Source: Patescibacteria group bacterium
GTDB lineage: Bacteria > Patescibacteriota > Minisyncoccia > UBA6257 > Brennerbacteraceae
Assembly: GCA_040753135.1 (NCBI GenBank)
Contig: JBFMGR010000001.1
Location: forward strand, 59,252-123,251
Reading direction: 5' to 3'
Length of the DNA stretch: 64,000 bases
A program made the position numbers and the translations under genes. Below, in pieces: positions 55,911-64,000 of the stretch (positions are counted from its first letter, which is position 1; each line of letters begins with the position of its first letter). Under the pieces are notes generated by a model, which saw nothing but the letters and a program-made list of their open reading frames with translations, did not search any database and was not told the DNA's origin.

Positions 55911-57059
55911 GTGAAAAATAAAAATCAAAATAAAATCGTATTCGTCGCGATGAGCGGCGGGGTTGATAGTTCTGTTGCCGCCTTGCTTTTGAAGCGCCAA
56001 GGGCTCAATGTTGTTGGCGTGTTTATGAGGAACTGGACGGTTAAGGTCCCGGGTTTGATTCATTGCCCCTGGGAAGAAGACCAACGTTTTGCCCGCCAAG
56101 CGGCAGCCCAGATCGGAATTCCTTTATATACCTGGGATTTTGAAAAAGAATATCAGGAGGAGGTGTTTAAATATTTTTTGGAGAGCTATAAAAAGGGCGA
56201 GACTCCGAATCCGGATGTGGTTTGCAATAAAAAGATTAAGTTTGGCTTGTTTTTGAAAAAAGCTAAAAAGCTGGGCGCGGATTTTATTGCCACTGGCCAC
56301 TATGCCCGTTTGAAACGGGCAAGAATTAAGAATAAAGAATTAAGAATAAAGAAAAATAAACCATCATTCATAATTCGTAATTCATTATTCATGGCTCATG
56401 ATGTCAACAAAGACCAATCTTATTTTCTCTGGACTTTGACTCAAAAGCAATTAAAACACTGCCTTTTTCCTTTGGGCGATTTGACTAAGCCAGAGGTAAG
56501 AAAAATCGCTAAAAGAGCCGGTTTAGTCACAGCGGCTAGAAAAGATTCCCAAGGGCTTTGCTTTGTCGGGCCAATCAGTTTAAAAGAGTTTTTAAGGCCA
56601 TATCTTGAGGAAAAATCAGGCAGGATTGTTTTAGTTGAGTTTAATAAAAATGGCATTAAAAAAGAAAGATTAATTGGCGGGCATCGGGGCGTCCATCTGT
56701 TTACTTTGGGCCAGCGGCAGGGGATTAGGGTTGGCGGCGGCACGCCTTATTACGTTGCCAAAAAAGAGATTAAAAAAAACATCTTGTATGTTTGCGCCAA
56801 AAAAGATCTGCCTAAGTTTTTTCCAACCAAGATAAAGATCAAGCAAGCTAACTGGATTAATTCAGGATCGGTTAGGTTTCCTTTAAAATGCCGGGCGCGG
56901 TATCGCTATCGCCAGCCGCTTCAATCAGTTAAGGTGATTAAAAACAAAACCAATAAGTTTGAGGTTGTGTTTACTAAGCCGGCAGTGGCGATCACTCCGG
57001 GCCAGTCAATCGTGTTTTATAAGAATAAAACCTTGTTAGGCGGAGGAGTGATTGAATAA
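55911..57059 (+). CDS. mnmA: tRNA-specific 2-thiouridylase MnmA, with an in-frame low-complexity insertion (…RIKNKELRIKKNKPSFIIRNSLF…).
   Basis: PP-loop VAMSGGVDSSVAA, catalytic Cys motifs, DQSYFL. Confidence 0.85.
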   Translation: MKNKNQNKIVFVAMSGGVDSSVAALLLKRQGLNVVGVFMRNWTVKVPGLIHCPWEEDQRFARQAAAQIGIPLYTWDFEKEYQEEVFKYFLESYKKGETPNPDVVCNKKIKFGLFLKKAKKLGADFIATGHYARLKRARIKNKELRIKKNKPSFIIRNSLFMAHDVNKDQSYFLWTLTQKQLKHCLFPLGDLTKPEVRKIAKRAGLVTAARKDSQGLCFVGPISLKEFLRPYLEEKSGRIVLVEFNKNGIKKERLIGGHRGVHLFTLGQRQGIRVGGGTPYYVAKKEIKKNILYVCAKKDLPKFFPTKIKIKQANWINSGSVRFPLKCRARYRYRQPLQSVKVIKNKTNKFEVVFTKPAVAITPGQSIVFYKNKTLLGGGVIE

Positions 57060-57116
57060 TGAAATAAAAAAAGAAGTAAAGATTTAAAATTTTGAAAAAT
57101 AAACCCCACACATAGA

Positions 57117-57425
57117 TTATGCGTGGGGTTGGGGAAGGGGCTTGTTGTTATGAAAAGCCGTTTGAGCGGCTTCTTCAAAAAGTTCACCAATCCCTTTTAT
57201 ACCATTAAGCGACGTTGTCTGGCCGATTATTATCACTGCGTTTCCAGCGATAATAATTGAGCCAGTTACGTTTTTGTATTGAAAATCCGCAGTGTCGGTT
57301 TTCCATTGAATCTTTAAATTTTTGACACCGAGTTTTATGTATAAAAGGTTAGTGAAGAGGCCGCGGCGGAACAGAGCCTCTTCCCATGGCAGGTTGTGTT
57401 TGATTAAGATATTAAACCTTGCCAT
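57117..57425 (-). CDS. Hypothetical protein.
   Basis: 102-aa ORF between convergent/divergent neighbours; no motif. Confidence 0.25.
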   Translation of the reverse strand: MARFNILIKHNLPWEEALFRRGLFTNLLYIKLGVKNLKIQWKTDTADFQYKNVTGSIIIAGNAVIIIGQTTSLNGIKGIGELFEEAAQTAFHNNKPLPQPHA

Positions 57426-57538
57426 GGCAACCTCCTTTCTTAATTTAATCTTAACTGATAATTAACAACTTACAACTGGGTTTTTAACAGCCGTTGAAGT
57501 GATTTTCTAAGAGAAAATTGCTATACTTATTTTTTAAG

Positions 57539-59437
57539 ATGATTATTGCTCAAGAGTTAAGGCAAAAATATTTAGAATTTTTTAAGCAAAAAGGGCATCA
57601 GATTATTCCGAGCGCTTCTTTGATTCCGGAAAATGACCCGACCGTGCTTTTCACTACCGCGGGGATGCATCCTTTAGTGCCTTATTTATTAGGTGAAAAA
57701 CATCCGGCCGGTAAACGTTTGGTTGATGTTCAGAAATGTCTCCGGACCGTTGATATTGAAGAAGTTGGCGACCAAGTCCATCAGACTTTTTTTGAGATGC
57801 TGGGCAACTGGTCTTTGGGGGATTATTTTAAAAAAGAGGCAATTGAGTGGAGTTATGAGTTTTTGATTTCTAAAGATTGGCTGGGACTTGATAAAAATAG
57901 ATTAGCGGTTTCAGTATTTGAAGGCGACCAGGACGCGCCGTTTGACCAAGAAGCTTATAGTGTTTGGCTGAATTTGGGCATTCCTGAAAAAAGAATCGCC
58001 AAACTGCCGAAAAAAAACAACTGGTGGGGACCGGCCGGTCAAACCGGACCTTGCGGCCCAGATACCGAGATGTTTTATTGGGTTAGCAATGAACCAGCGC
58101 CGGAAAAGTTTGACCCCGATGATTCTCGCTGGGTTGAGGTCTGGAACGATGTGTTTATGGAGTATAATAAAAAAGTCAAAAGTCAAAAGTCAAAAGTCAA
58201 AAATGAAATTCGAGATTCAAAAATAGAAAAATCTAAAAATTTAAATAAGGAAGCATACGAATACGAATCTTTAAAACAAAAAAATATTGATACTGGCATG
58301 GGTTTAGAAAGGGTTTTGGCGGTTTTGAACGGACTTGATGATAATTACAGAACCGAGCTGTTTTGGCCAATTATTGAAAAAGTTGAGGAGCTGTCGGGCA
58401 AAAAATACGGCGACTCTGAAGAGATAACCAAAGCAATGCGGATTATTGCTGACCATCTTAAGGCGGCAATTTTTATCTTAGCTGAACGAATTGAACCGTC
58501 AAATGTTGAGCGAGGTTATGTTTTAAGGAGACTAATCAGGCGGGCGATTCGTTACGCCAAGCAATTAGAGATTAATCAAGCTTTTTGTTTTAAGTTGGTT
58601 GAGCCGGCAATTAAAATTTATCAAGATGTTTACCCGGAGCTTTTCCAAAATAAAGATTTTATTGAAGAGCAGTTAGTCAGAGAAGAAGAGAGGTTTAGCA
58701 CAACTTTAACTAAGGGTTTAAATGTTTTAAAGAAAGAGGTCCAAAAAATGAAGCAGACAGGTAAGAAAAGCTTGTCCGGAGATATTGGCAAGATAGCTTT
58801 TAATTTCTTCCAGAATTATGGTTTTCCGCCCGAATTATTCTTAGAAGAGATCGCCAAAGAAATTCCCCATAGCAAAGAGGGTGTTTTGGCGTCTTTTAAT
58901 CAGGCTTTTAAAAAACACCAAGAATTATCCCGCCAGAAAGCGGAGCAAAAATTCAAGGGCGGTTTGGCTGACCACTCTGAAATCAGCAAAAAATACCATA
59001 CTGCCACCCATTTATTGCAAGCGGCCTTGCGCCAAATTTTAAGCGACCAGATTTATCAAAAAGGCTCAAACATCACTGCCGAGCGTTTGCGATTTGATTT
59101 TAATTATTCTGAACCGATCAGTTCGGAACAATTAAAAGAGATAGAAGGCTTGGTTAATCAGAAAATTCAAGAACATCTGCCGGTTCATTTTGAAGAAATG
59201 GCAGTTGATAAAGCGAAGAAAATCGGCGCTTTGGGCGTGTTTGGGAGCAAGTATAGCGAGAAAGTTAAAGTTTATTTTATTGGTCCTTCGATGAACTCAG
59301 GGCAAATTCCTTTTTCTATAGAGATCTGCGGCGGCCCGCATGTAGAAAATACAAAAGAGATTGGTAAAATTAAAATTGCCAAACTGGAATCAATCGGCCA
59401 AGGAATAAAAAGAATTCGAGCAGTGGTTGAAGTTTAA
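57539..59437 (+). CDS. alaS: Alanine--tRNA ligase, short form (~632 aa; catalytic, tRNA-binding and editing-core domains). It carries an in-frame low-complexity insertion at 58170–58290.
   Basis: IPSASLIP…DPTVLFTTAGM…; editing-domain HTATHLL…CGGPHV. Confidence 0.8.
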   Translation: MIIAQELRQKYLEFFKQKGHQIIPSASLIPENDPTVLFTTAGMHPLVPYLLGEKHPAGKRLVDVQKCLRTVDIEEVGDQVHQTFFEMLGNWSLGDYFKKEAIEWSYEFLISKDWLGLDKNRLAVSVFEGDQDAPFDQEAYSVWLNLGIPEKRIAKLPKKNNWWGPAGQTGPCGPDTEMFYWVSNEPAPEKFDPDDSRWVEVWNDVFMEYNKKVKSQKSKVKNEIRDSKIEKSKNLNKEAYEYESLKQKNIDTGMGLERVLAVLNGLDDNYRTELFWPIIEKVEELSGKKYGDSEEITKAMRIIADHLKAAIFILAERIEPSNVERGYVLRRLIRRAIRYAKQLEINQAFCFKLVEPAIKIYQDVYPELFQNKDFIEEQLVREEERFSTTLTKGLNVLKKEVQKMKQTGKKSLSGDIGKIAFNFFQNYGFPPELFLEEIAKEIPHSKEGVLASFNQAFKKHQELSRQKAEQKFKGGLADHSEISKKYHTATHLLQAALRQILSDQIYQKGSNITAERLRFDFNYSEPISSEQLKEIEGLVNQKIQEHLPVHFEEMAVDKAKKIGALGVFGSKYSEKVKVYFIGPSMNSGQIPFSIEICGGPHVENTKEIGKIKIAKLESIGQGIKRIRAVVEV

Positions 59438-59489
59438 ATAACCCAAGCGTGATATAATTAATTGAATTAAAATAAAAATTTGACCAAAA

Positions 59490-60863
59490 ATGGCGAAAAA
59501 GTTTTTTGATATTAAAAAAAGCAAAAAATCAAAGGATTTAAGAGTAAAAGAAGTAAAGCCAAAGCGCGGCAAGGAAGTTGAGATAGAGCCTTCAGGAGAT
59601 AAAACCGGGCCGGAGATGAAATTAGAAGAAAGATATAATGAGTTTTTAAAAAGCTTATCTTCTAAAACCGAACCGGAAACAGAGATCCAGCCGGAGAAGA
59701 AGAAAAAAAGAGCAAAACCAAAAGATCGGAGCCGGGTTTTAAAATCAGTTTCTTGGCTGATCGGCTTAATCGGCTTGGGACTTTTGATTTATTTTGGCAG
59801 CGGTTTTATCAGCCAGGTTGAGATTGTTTTGGAGATCCAAAAGGAAACTCAAGAAAAAACCTTTTCCGCTTTGTTTGAAAAAGAGCCTGAGCAAACCGGA
59901 TTTTTAAATGGCCAGTTTGTTTTACCGCTCCATACTTTTGAAAAGTCTTTTTCTTACTCTAAAGATTATCCGGCCACGGGCGAAGGGGAAGTTAGCGGCT
60001 ATAGCCGGGGCAAAATTATAATTTATAATGAAGCTACCCAATCAGCCCAGATTTTAGTTGCTCGAACTAGGTTTGAATCTCCTGACGGCAAGATTTTCCG
60101 GATTCAGGAAAGAGTTTCTGTTCCCGGATATGACCGGGTTGGGCCGGGCATACTAGAGGTTGAGGTGGTCGCAGACCAGCCGGGGCCGGAATATAATCTT
60201 GAGTCAACTCGGTTTACCATTCCCGGGTTTGCCGGCAGTTCCAAGTTTGAAAAAATTTATGCGATTTCAAAAGAAAAGTTTTATGGCGGCGCTTCCGGGT
60301 TAGCCAAGGTGGTTACTGAAGAAGATGTCAAAACTGCAAAAGAAAAAATTACCCAGTTTGCTTATGATACCGCCAGAGAAGAGGTAATTAAAGAAATCCC
60401 GGAAAACTTAAAGCTTTTGGACAAAGCAGTCCAGTTTAAATTGGGTGAAATCGCTGTTTCTTCTGCTGGTGAAGCAGAAATAACCCGAGCAACAATTGAA
60501 GGCAGGCTGTCAATCTTGGTTTTTGATGAAACCGAACTTAAGGAGTTAATTGCTGAAAAAATGGTTGAGGACCAACAGATAAAATCTGATCTGACTTTGG
60601 CCAATTATCAGATTTTTTATGAAAATCCTGAAATAGATTTAGAAACCCAAACAATGAAGCTGGCAGTCAGGGTCAGGCGGGATATCCAGGCATTAGTCGA
60701 TGCTTTAGAGTTTAAGCAAAAAATAGCCGGCAAGAGCATTGAGGAGCTGAAAAAGGAGCTCTTAAAGCTTGAGGGAGTTCAGAAAATTCAGGTTTCGGTC
60801 TGGCCGTTCTGGATGAAAAAAGCGCCGGAGAATATTGACGCAATTAAAATCCGTGTAGAATAA
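59490..60863 (+). CDS. Hypothetical membrane-anchored protein (457 aa).
   Basis: Basic N-terminus, one transmembrane segment, large extracytoplasmic domain; no motif. Confidence 0.35.
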   Translation: MAKKFFDIKKSKKSKDLRVKEVKPKRGKEVEIEPSGDKTGPEMKLEERYNEFLKSLSSKTEPETEIQPEKKKKRAKPKDRSRVLKSVSWLIGLIGLGLLIYFGSGFISQVEIVLEIQKETQEKTFSALFEKEPEQTGFLNGQFVLPLHTFEKSFSYSKDYPATGEGEVSGYSRGKIIIYNEATQSAQILVARTRFESPDGKIFRIQERVSVPGYDRVGPGILEVEVVADQPGPEYNLESTRFTIPGFAGSSKFEKIYAISKEKFYGGASGLAKVVTEEDVKTAKEKITQFAYDTAREEVIKEIPENLKLLDKAVQFKLGEIAVSSAGEAEITRATIEGRLSILVFDETELKELIAEKMVEDQQIKSDLTLANYQIFYENPEIDLETQTMKLAVRVRRDIQALVDALEFKQKIAGKSIEELKKELLKLEGVQKIQVSVWPFWMKKAPENIDAIKIRVE

Positions 60864-60871
60864 TTTTAGGA

Positions 60872-60905
60872 AGTCTCACTTCAATATATTGAAGTGAGAC
60901 TTCAA
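60872..60905. terminator. Perfect 34-nt palindrome gaagtctcacttcaatatattgaagtgagacttc. A related half-site occurs at 31127–31143.
   Basis: 14-bp perfect stem immediately after the stop of 59490–60863. Confidence 0.55.
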
Positions 60906-60977
60906 TAATATAGCTGTCGACTCCAACGGGGTTGATTTTCAGTTGGTTTTTTATTATAATGATAAAGCCTTTTATTT

Positions 60978-61193
60978 ATGGCGAACAAGAAAAATAACCG
61001 AGTTGAAGGTTTAGTTACCGAGGCTTTGCCTAATGGGTTTTTCAGGGTAAGATTGGCTGATGATAGAGAGATTTTGGCCCATTTGGCTGGTAAAATGAGG
61101 ATTAACTTTATTAAGGTAATGGTTAATGACTTGGTTACAGTTGAGCTTTCCCAGTATGATGAAACCAAGGGCAGAATCGTTTATCGTAAATAA
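60978..61193 (+). CDS. infA: Translation initiation factor IF-1.
   Basis: [33 protein letters not shown]…. Confidence 0.9.
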   Translation: MANKKNNRVEGLVTEALPNGFFRVRLADDREILAHLAGKMRINFIKVMVNDLVTVELSQYDETKGRIVYRK

Positions 61194-61306
61194 TTTTAAT
61201 TTCTTGACCAAGCTGCCAGAATTAACTCTGGCAAGAGTTTTTTAGCTTAATTCGGGTTGGCTGGGTAATTAAGTTAAACCGGACCAAATTGATAAAAATT
61301 AGAAAA

Positions 61307-61420
61307 ATGAAAGTTAAAGCTTCAGTAAAAAAACGATGCGCTAAGTGCAAAGTGGTTCGGCGTAAAGGTCGAGTTTTTATTATTTGTGAGAACAAAAGAC
61401 ACAAACAGAGACAGGGATGA
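61307..61420 (+). CDS. rpmJ: 50S ribosomal protein L36. It is absent from the ORF track because it is shorter than 60 aa.
   Basis: Translating 61307–61420 gives [37 protein letters not shown]. Confidence 0.85.
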   Translation: MKVKASVKKRCAKCKVVRRKGRVFIICENKRHKQRQG

Positions 61421-61584
61421 AACAGCGCCTGCGCGCTGTTTCATCCGGTTCTGCGGAGCAGAAATTGCGGTTATTTCGCAAAGCTGAATCCGCAATGGCT
61501 GGATGAAACAAATTAAAAACCATTTGAGTTTAGAGATTAGAATTTTGAATTTATTTGGGAATTAGAAATTAGGAATTTTGTGGT

Positions 61585-61971
61585 ATGCGTTTAGCCGGAG
61601 TCAATATTCCAGACGAGAAAAAAATTTCAGTGGCCCTGACTTATATTTTTGGTATTGGCCCATCTTCAGCAGAAAAGATTTTAAATCAAGCTAAAGTTGG
61701 TTTGGGCAAAAAGACTAAAGACTTGACCACTGAAGAATTTAACCGAATGAGAGAAGTAATTGAAAGCGAATATCGGATTGAGGGCGATCTGCGCCGTGAA
61801 GTTTTCGCCAATATTAAAAGATTAAAAGATATAAAAACTTATCGCGGCATCAGGCATATCAAGCGCTTGCCGGTTCGGGGCCAGAAAACCAAGCATAATT
61901 CAAGAACCGTCAGGGGCAATGTCAGAAAGACAATTACTTCAGGGAAAAAGGCGCCAGCCCAGAAAACATAA
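61585..61971 (+). CDS. rpsM: 30S ribosomal protein S13.
   Basis: MRLAGVNIPDEKKISVALTYIFGIG…. Confidence 0.9.
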   Translation: MRLAGVNIPDEKKISVALTYIFGIGPSSAEKILNQAKVGLGKKTKDLTTEEFNRMREVIESEYRIEGDLRREVFANIKRLKDIKTYRGIRHIKRLPVRGQKTKHNSRTVRGNVRKTITSGKKAPAQKT

Positions 61972-62058
61972 ATTAGAATTATGAATTATGAATAAGGAAT
62001 TAAGGGGTTTGGCTTAAAACGTTTAATTAATCTATTTATTCTAGACTCCGAATATACT

Positions 62059-62511
62059 ATGGGGAAGAAAACAATCAAAACTGAAGACACCGCCGAAGCT
62101 TTAAAGGCCCAGGAAAAGGTTGAAGCCAAGATTAAAAAAGCCGGGCCGGTTTCCGCATCAAAGAAACTTGAATCCAGCCGGATTTATATCAGCTCTTCTT
62201 ATAACAACACTTTGATTACCATTACTGATTCTAAAGGCGGGGTGATTGCCTGGTCTTCGGCCGGCAGTCTTGGATTTAAGGGCCCGAGAAAAGCTACTGC
62301 TTATGCGGCGACCAGCACAGTTAATACCTTGTTGCAAAAAGTTAAAAAATTTGATTTGGGTAAAGTATCAATTTATGTTAGGGGAATTGGCGGCGGCAGA
62401 GAAGCGGCGATCAGAGCTTTAATCAACAATAACCAGGATATTCAGCTGATTAAAGACGTTACTCCGGTTCCTCATAACGGACCTCGGCCGAAAAAAACGC
62501 GGCGAGTGTAA
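62059..62511 (+). CDS. rpsK: 30S ribosomal protein S11.
   Basis: IYISSSYNNTLITITD…. Confidence 0.9.
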   Translation: MGKKTIKTEDTAEALKAQEKVEAKIKKAGPVSASKKLESSRIYISSSYNNTLITITDSKGGVIAWSSAGSLGFKGPRKATAYAATSTVNTLLQKVKKFDLGKVSIYVRGIGGGREAAIRALINNNQDIQLIKDVTPVPHNGPRPKKTRRV

Positions 62512-62572
62512 ATGAGGGGTGAATAATGAATAATGAATTAAAACGGATTTGTGAATTGAAAATTGTTTTGAT

Positions 62573-63202
62573 ATGGCATTTATTTTAGGACCAAAAGAAA
62601 AAAAGAGTCGGGCGCTGGGAGAAAACCTTTTTCTTAAGCCGGAACGCTCAATTTCCCAAAAATCAGCAATGGTTAGGCGGCCTTATCGTCCGGGAATGCA
62701 TGGTAAAAGAAGAAGAAATTTATCCGAGTACGCTTTGCAGCTGATAGAAAAGCAAAAAGTCAAGTTTAGTTACGGCCTGTCTGAAAAGCAGCTGAAAAAA
62801 TACGCTCAGAAAGCAATTGGCTCTCAAAAAGTTTCTGCGCCGGAATCCCTTTTCAGATTCTTAGAAACAAGAATTGATAATGTGGTTTTTCGGGCCGGGA
62901 TTGCCCCATCACGGAGCGTTGCCAGATTAATGGTAACCCATGGCCATATTAATTTAAACGGCAAGAGGCACGATGTCCCCTCGGCAGAGCTTAAATCCGG
63001 CGACGAGATTTCAGTTCGGGAAAATTCATTAAAAACTAAATTGTTTGAGGACACCCAAAAAAGGCTAAAAGAAACAGATCTGCCCGCCTGGCTTGAGCTT
63101 GACCCGGAAAAATTAACTGTTAAAATTATTGGCTACCCTTCTTTAGAGCAAACTAAGCTTTCTTTTAACTTAGCTTTGGTGCTTGAATTCTACTCTCGCT
63201 AA
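62573..63202 (+). CDS. rpsD: 30S ribosomal protein S4.
   Basis: 209 aa; S4 domain VVFRAGIAPSRSVARLMVTHGHINLNGKR. Confidence 0.9.
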   Translation: MAFILGPKEKKSRALGENLFLKPERSISQKSAMVRRPYRPGMHGKRRRNLSEYALQLIEKQKVKFSYGLSEKQLKKYAQKAIGSQKVSAPESLFRFLETRIDNVVFRAGIAPSRSVARLMVTHGHINLNGKRHDVPSAELKSGDEISVRENSLKTKLFEDTQKRLKETDLPAWLELDPEKLTVKIIGYPSLEQTKLSFNLALVLEFYSR

Positions 63203-63236
63203 TTTTTATTAAGTTAAATAATTATAAATAATCAAT

Positions 63237-64000
63237 ATGATTTCTTTACCAAAACAGCCAAAAATAATTAAATCAGACAGTCGAGAAGCGGTGATTGAGA
63301 TAGAAGAGCTTTATCCCGGTTATGGTTTGACTCTGGGCAACGCTCTGCGTCGGGTTTTGCTTTCTTCGTGCGAAGGAGCGGCAATTACTTCTTTTAAAAT
63401 TGACGGCGCGCCCCATGAATTTTCCACTTTGCCCGGAGTGGCTGAAGATTTGATCGAGATCTCCCTTAACTTAAAAAAAATCAGGCTTAAGATTTTTAGC
63501 GAAGAACCCCAAGTATTAAGTTTATCCGCTAAAGGCGAGGGAGCGATTGCCGCCAAAGATTTTGGCAAAAATCCCTTGGTTGAGATAGTTAATCCTGAAA
63601 CCGGAATTGCTACCTTGACTGATAAAAAATCTAATTTTAATCTTGAGGTCAGAATCGAAAGGGGGATCGGTTATTCTGCGGCTGAAGACAGGCGAAGAAA
63701 GGAAAAATTGCCGGTTGGCACGGTTGAGCTTGACGCCAATTTTTCACCGGTAATTTTAGTTAATGCCATTGTTGAAAATATGCGGGTTGGCGAAAAAACT
63801 AATTATAACCGATTAAGGTTGGAGATTAAGACCGATGGTTCAATTGATCCGATTTTCGCGTTTAATTATGCTCTGGGCATTTTAATTGATCACTTTAGCG
63901 CTTTGAGAACAGAGGAGCTTGCTCCTGAAGGCGAGGTGGCTTCTTTTGCCAGCTTGCGCAATTCAGAAGCAATTGAAAAGATTGTTTTGGAAAACACGGG
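63237..64000 (+). CDS. rpoA: DNA-directed RNA polymerase subunit alpha (N-terminal part; runs off the window).
   Basis: Translation from the ATG at 63237 gives …GYGLTLGNALRRVLLSS…; follows rpsD as in the alpha operon. Confidence 0.85.
   Translation, partial: MISLPKQPKIIKSDSREAVIEIEELYPGYGLTLGNALRRVLLSSCEGAAITSFKIDGAPHEFSTLPGVAEDLIEISLNLKKIRLKIFSEEPQVLSLSAKGEGAIAAKDFGKNPLVEIVNPETGIATLTDKKSNFNLEVRIERGIGYSAAEDRRRKEKLPVGTVELDANFSPVILVNAIVENMRVGEKTNYNRLRLEIKTDGSIDPIFAFNYALGILIDHFSALRTEELAPEGEVASFASLRNSEAIEKIVLENT

Noticed and set aside
1-64000. Alternative genetic code (UGA recoded as Gly, as in some Candidate Phyla Radiation lineages).
   Set aside because: Conserved proteins are full-length under the standard code, several genes (for example rpmJ) terminate with TGA, and the only tRNA-Trp has a CCA anticodon.

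Overview
The window is a low-GC bacterial chromosome segment with Candidate Phyla Radiation (Patescibacteria)-like hallmarks. It carries an str–S10–spc ribosomal super-operon (rpsL, rpsG, fusA, tuf, rpsJ…rplO, secY, adk, map). There is no L30 gene, and L23, L22 and L24 carry extensions. The infA–rpmJ–rpsM–rpsK–rpsD–rpoA block sits ~39 kb away from the rest. Between the two blocks lie housekeeping genes and two chaperone clusters: tpiA, pgk, rnhA, rpsB–tsf, recR, dnaB, cysS, hrcA–grpE–dnaK, groES–groEL, prfB, ftsEX, mnmA and alaS. Operator-like palindromes resembling CIRCE (the HrcA binding site) lie upstream of hrcA and groES. Six tRNAs are present (Pro, Tyr, Glu, Thr, Trp, Gln). The genome is unusually rich in small repeat families. 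The most unusual loci are:
- a tRNA-Pro locus in which a GIY-YIG endonuclease gene and an intact tRNA-Pro are bracketed by a ~48-nt direct repeat, implying a tRNA copy with a two-hairpin insertion in the T-loop;
- a ~125-bp MITE-like (miniature inverted-repeat) element with terminal inverted repeats, carrying a conserved 37-codon small ORF and supplying the start codon of rplV and rmuC;
- an in-frame array of five hairpins inside a ydjM-like membrane hydrolase gene;
- a three-gene module downstream of tRNA-Gln: a sigma-70 region-4/HARE-HTH DNA-binding protein, a membrane protein, and a VirD4/TraD-like ATPase with a C-terminal zinc ribbon;
- a mutually exclusive double-hairpin element (core ggcggatccgcc…ggcgg) in five copies, one inserted in-frame in pcm;
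- word-like AT-rich intergenic spacers that also occur in-frame inside mnmA and alaS.
The first ~2 kb holds restriction-endonuclease-like nuclease remnants next to an ArsR-family regulator flanked by a thrice-repeated perfect palindrome.
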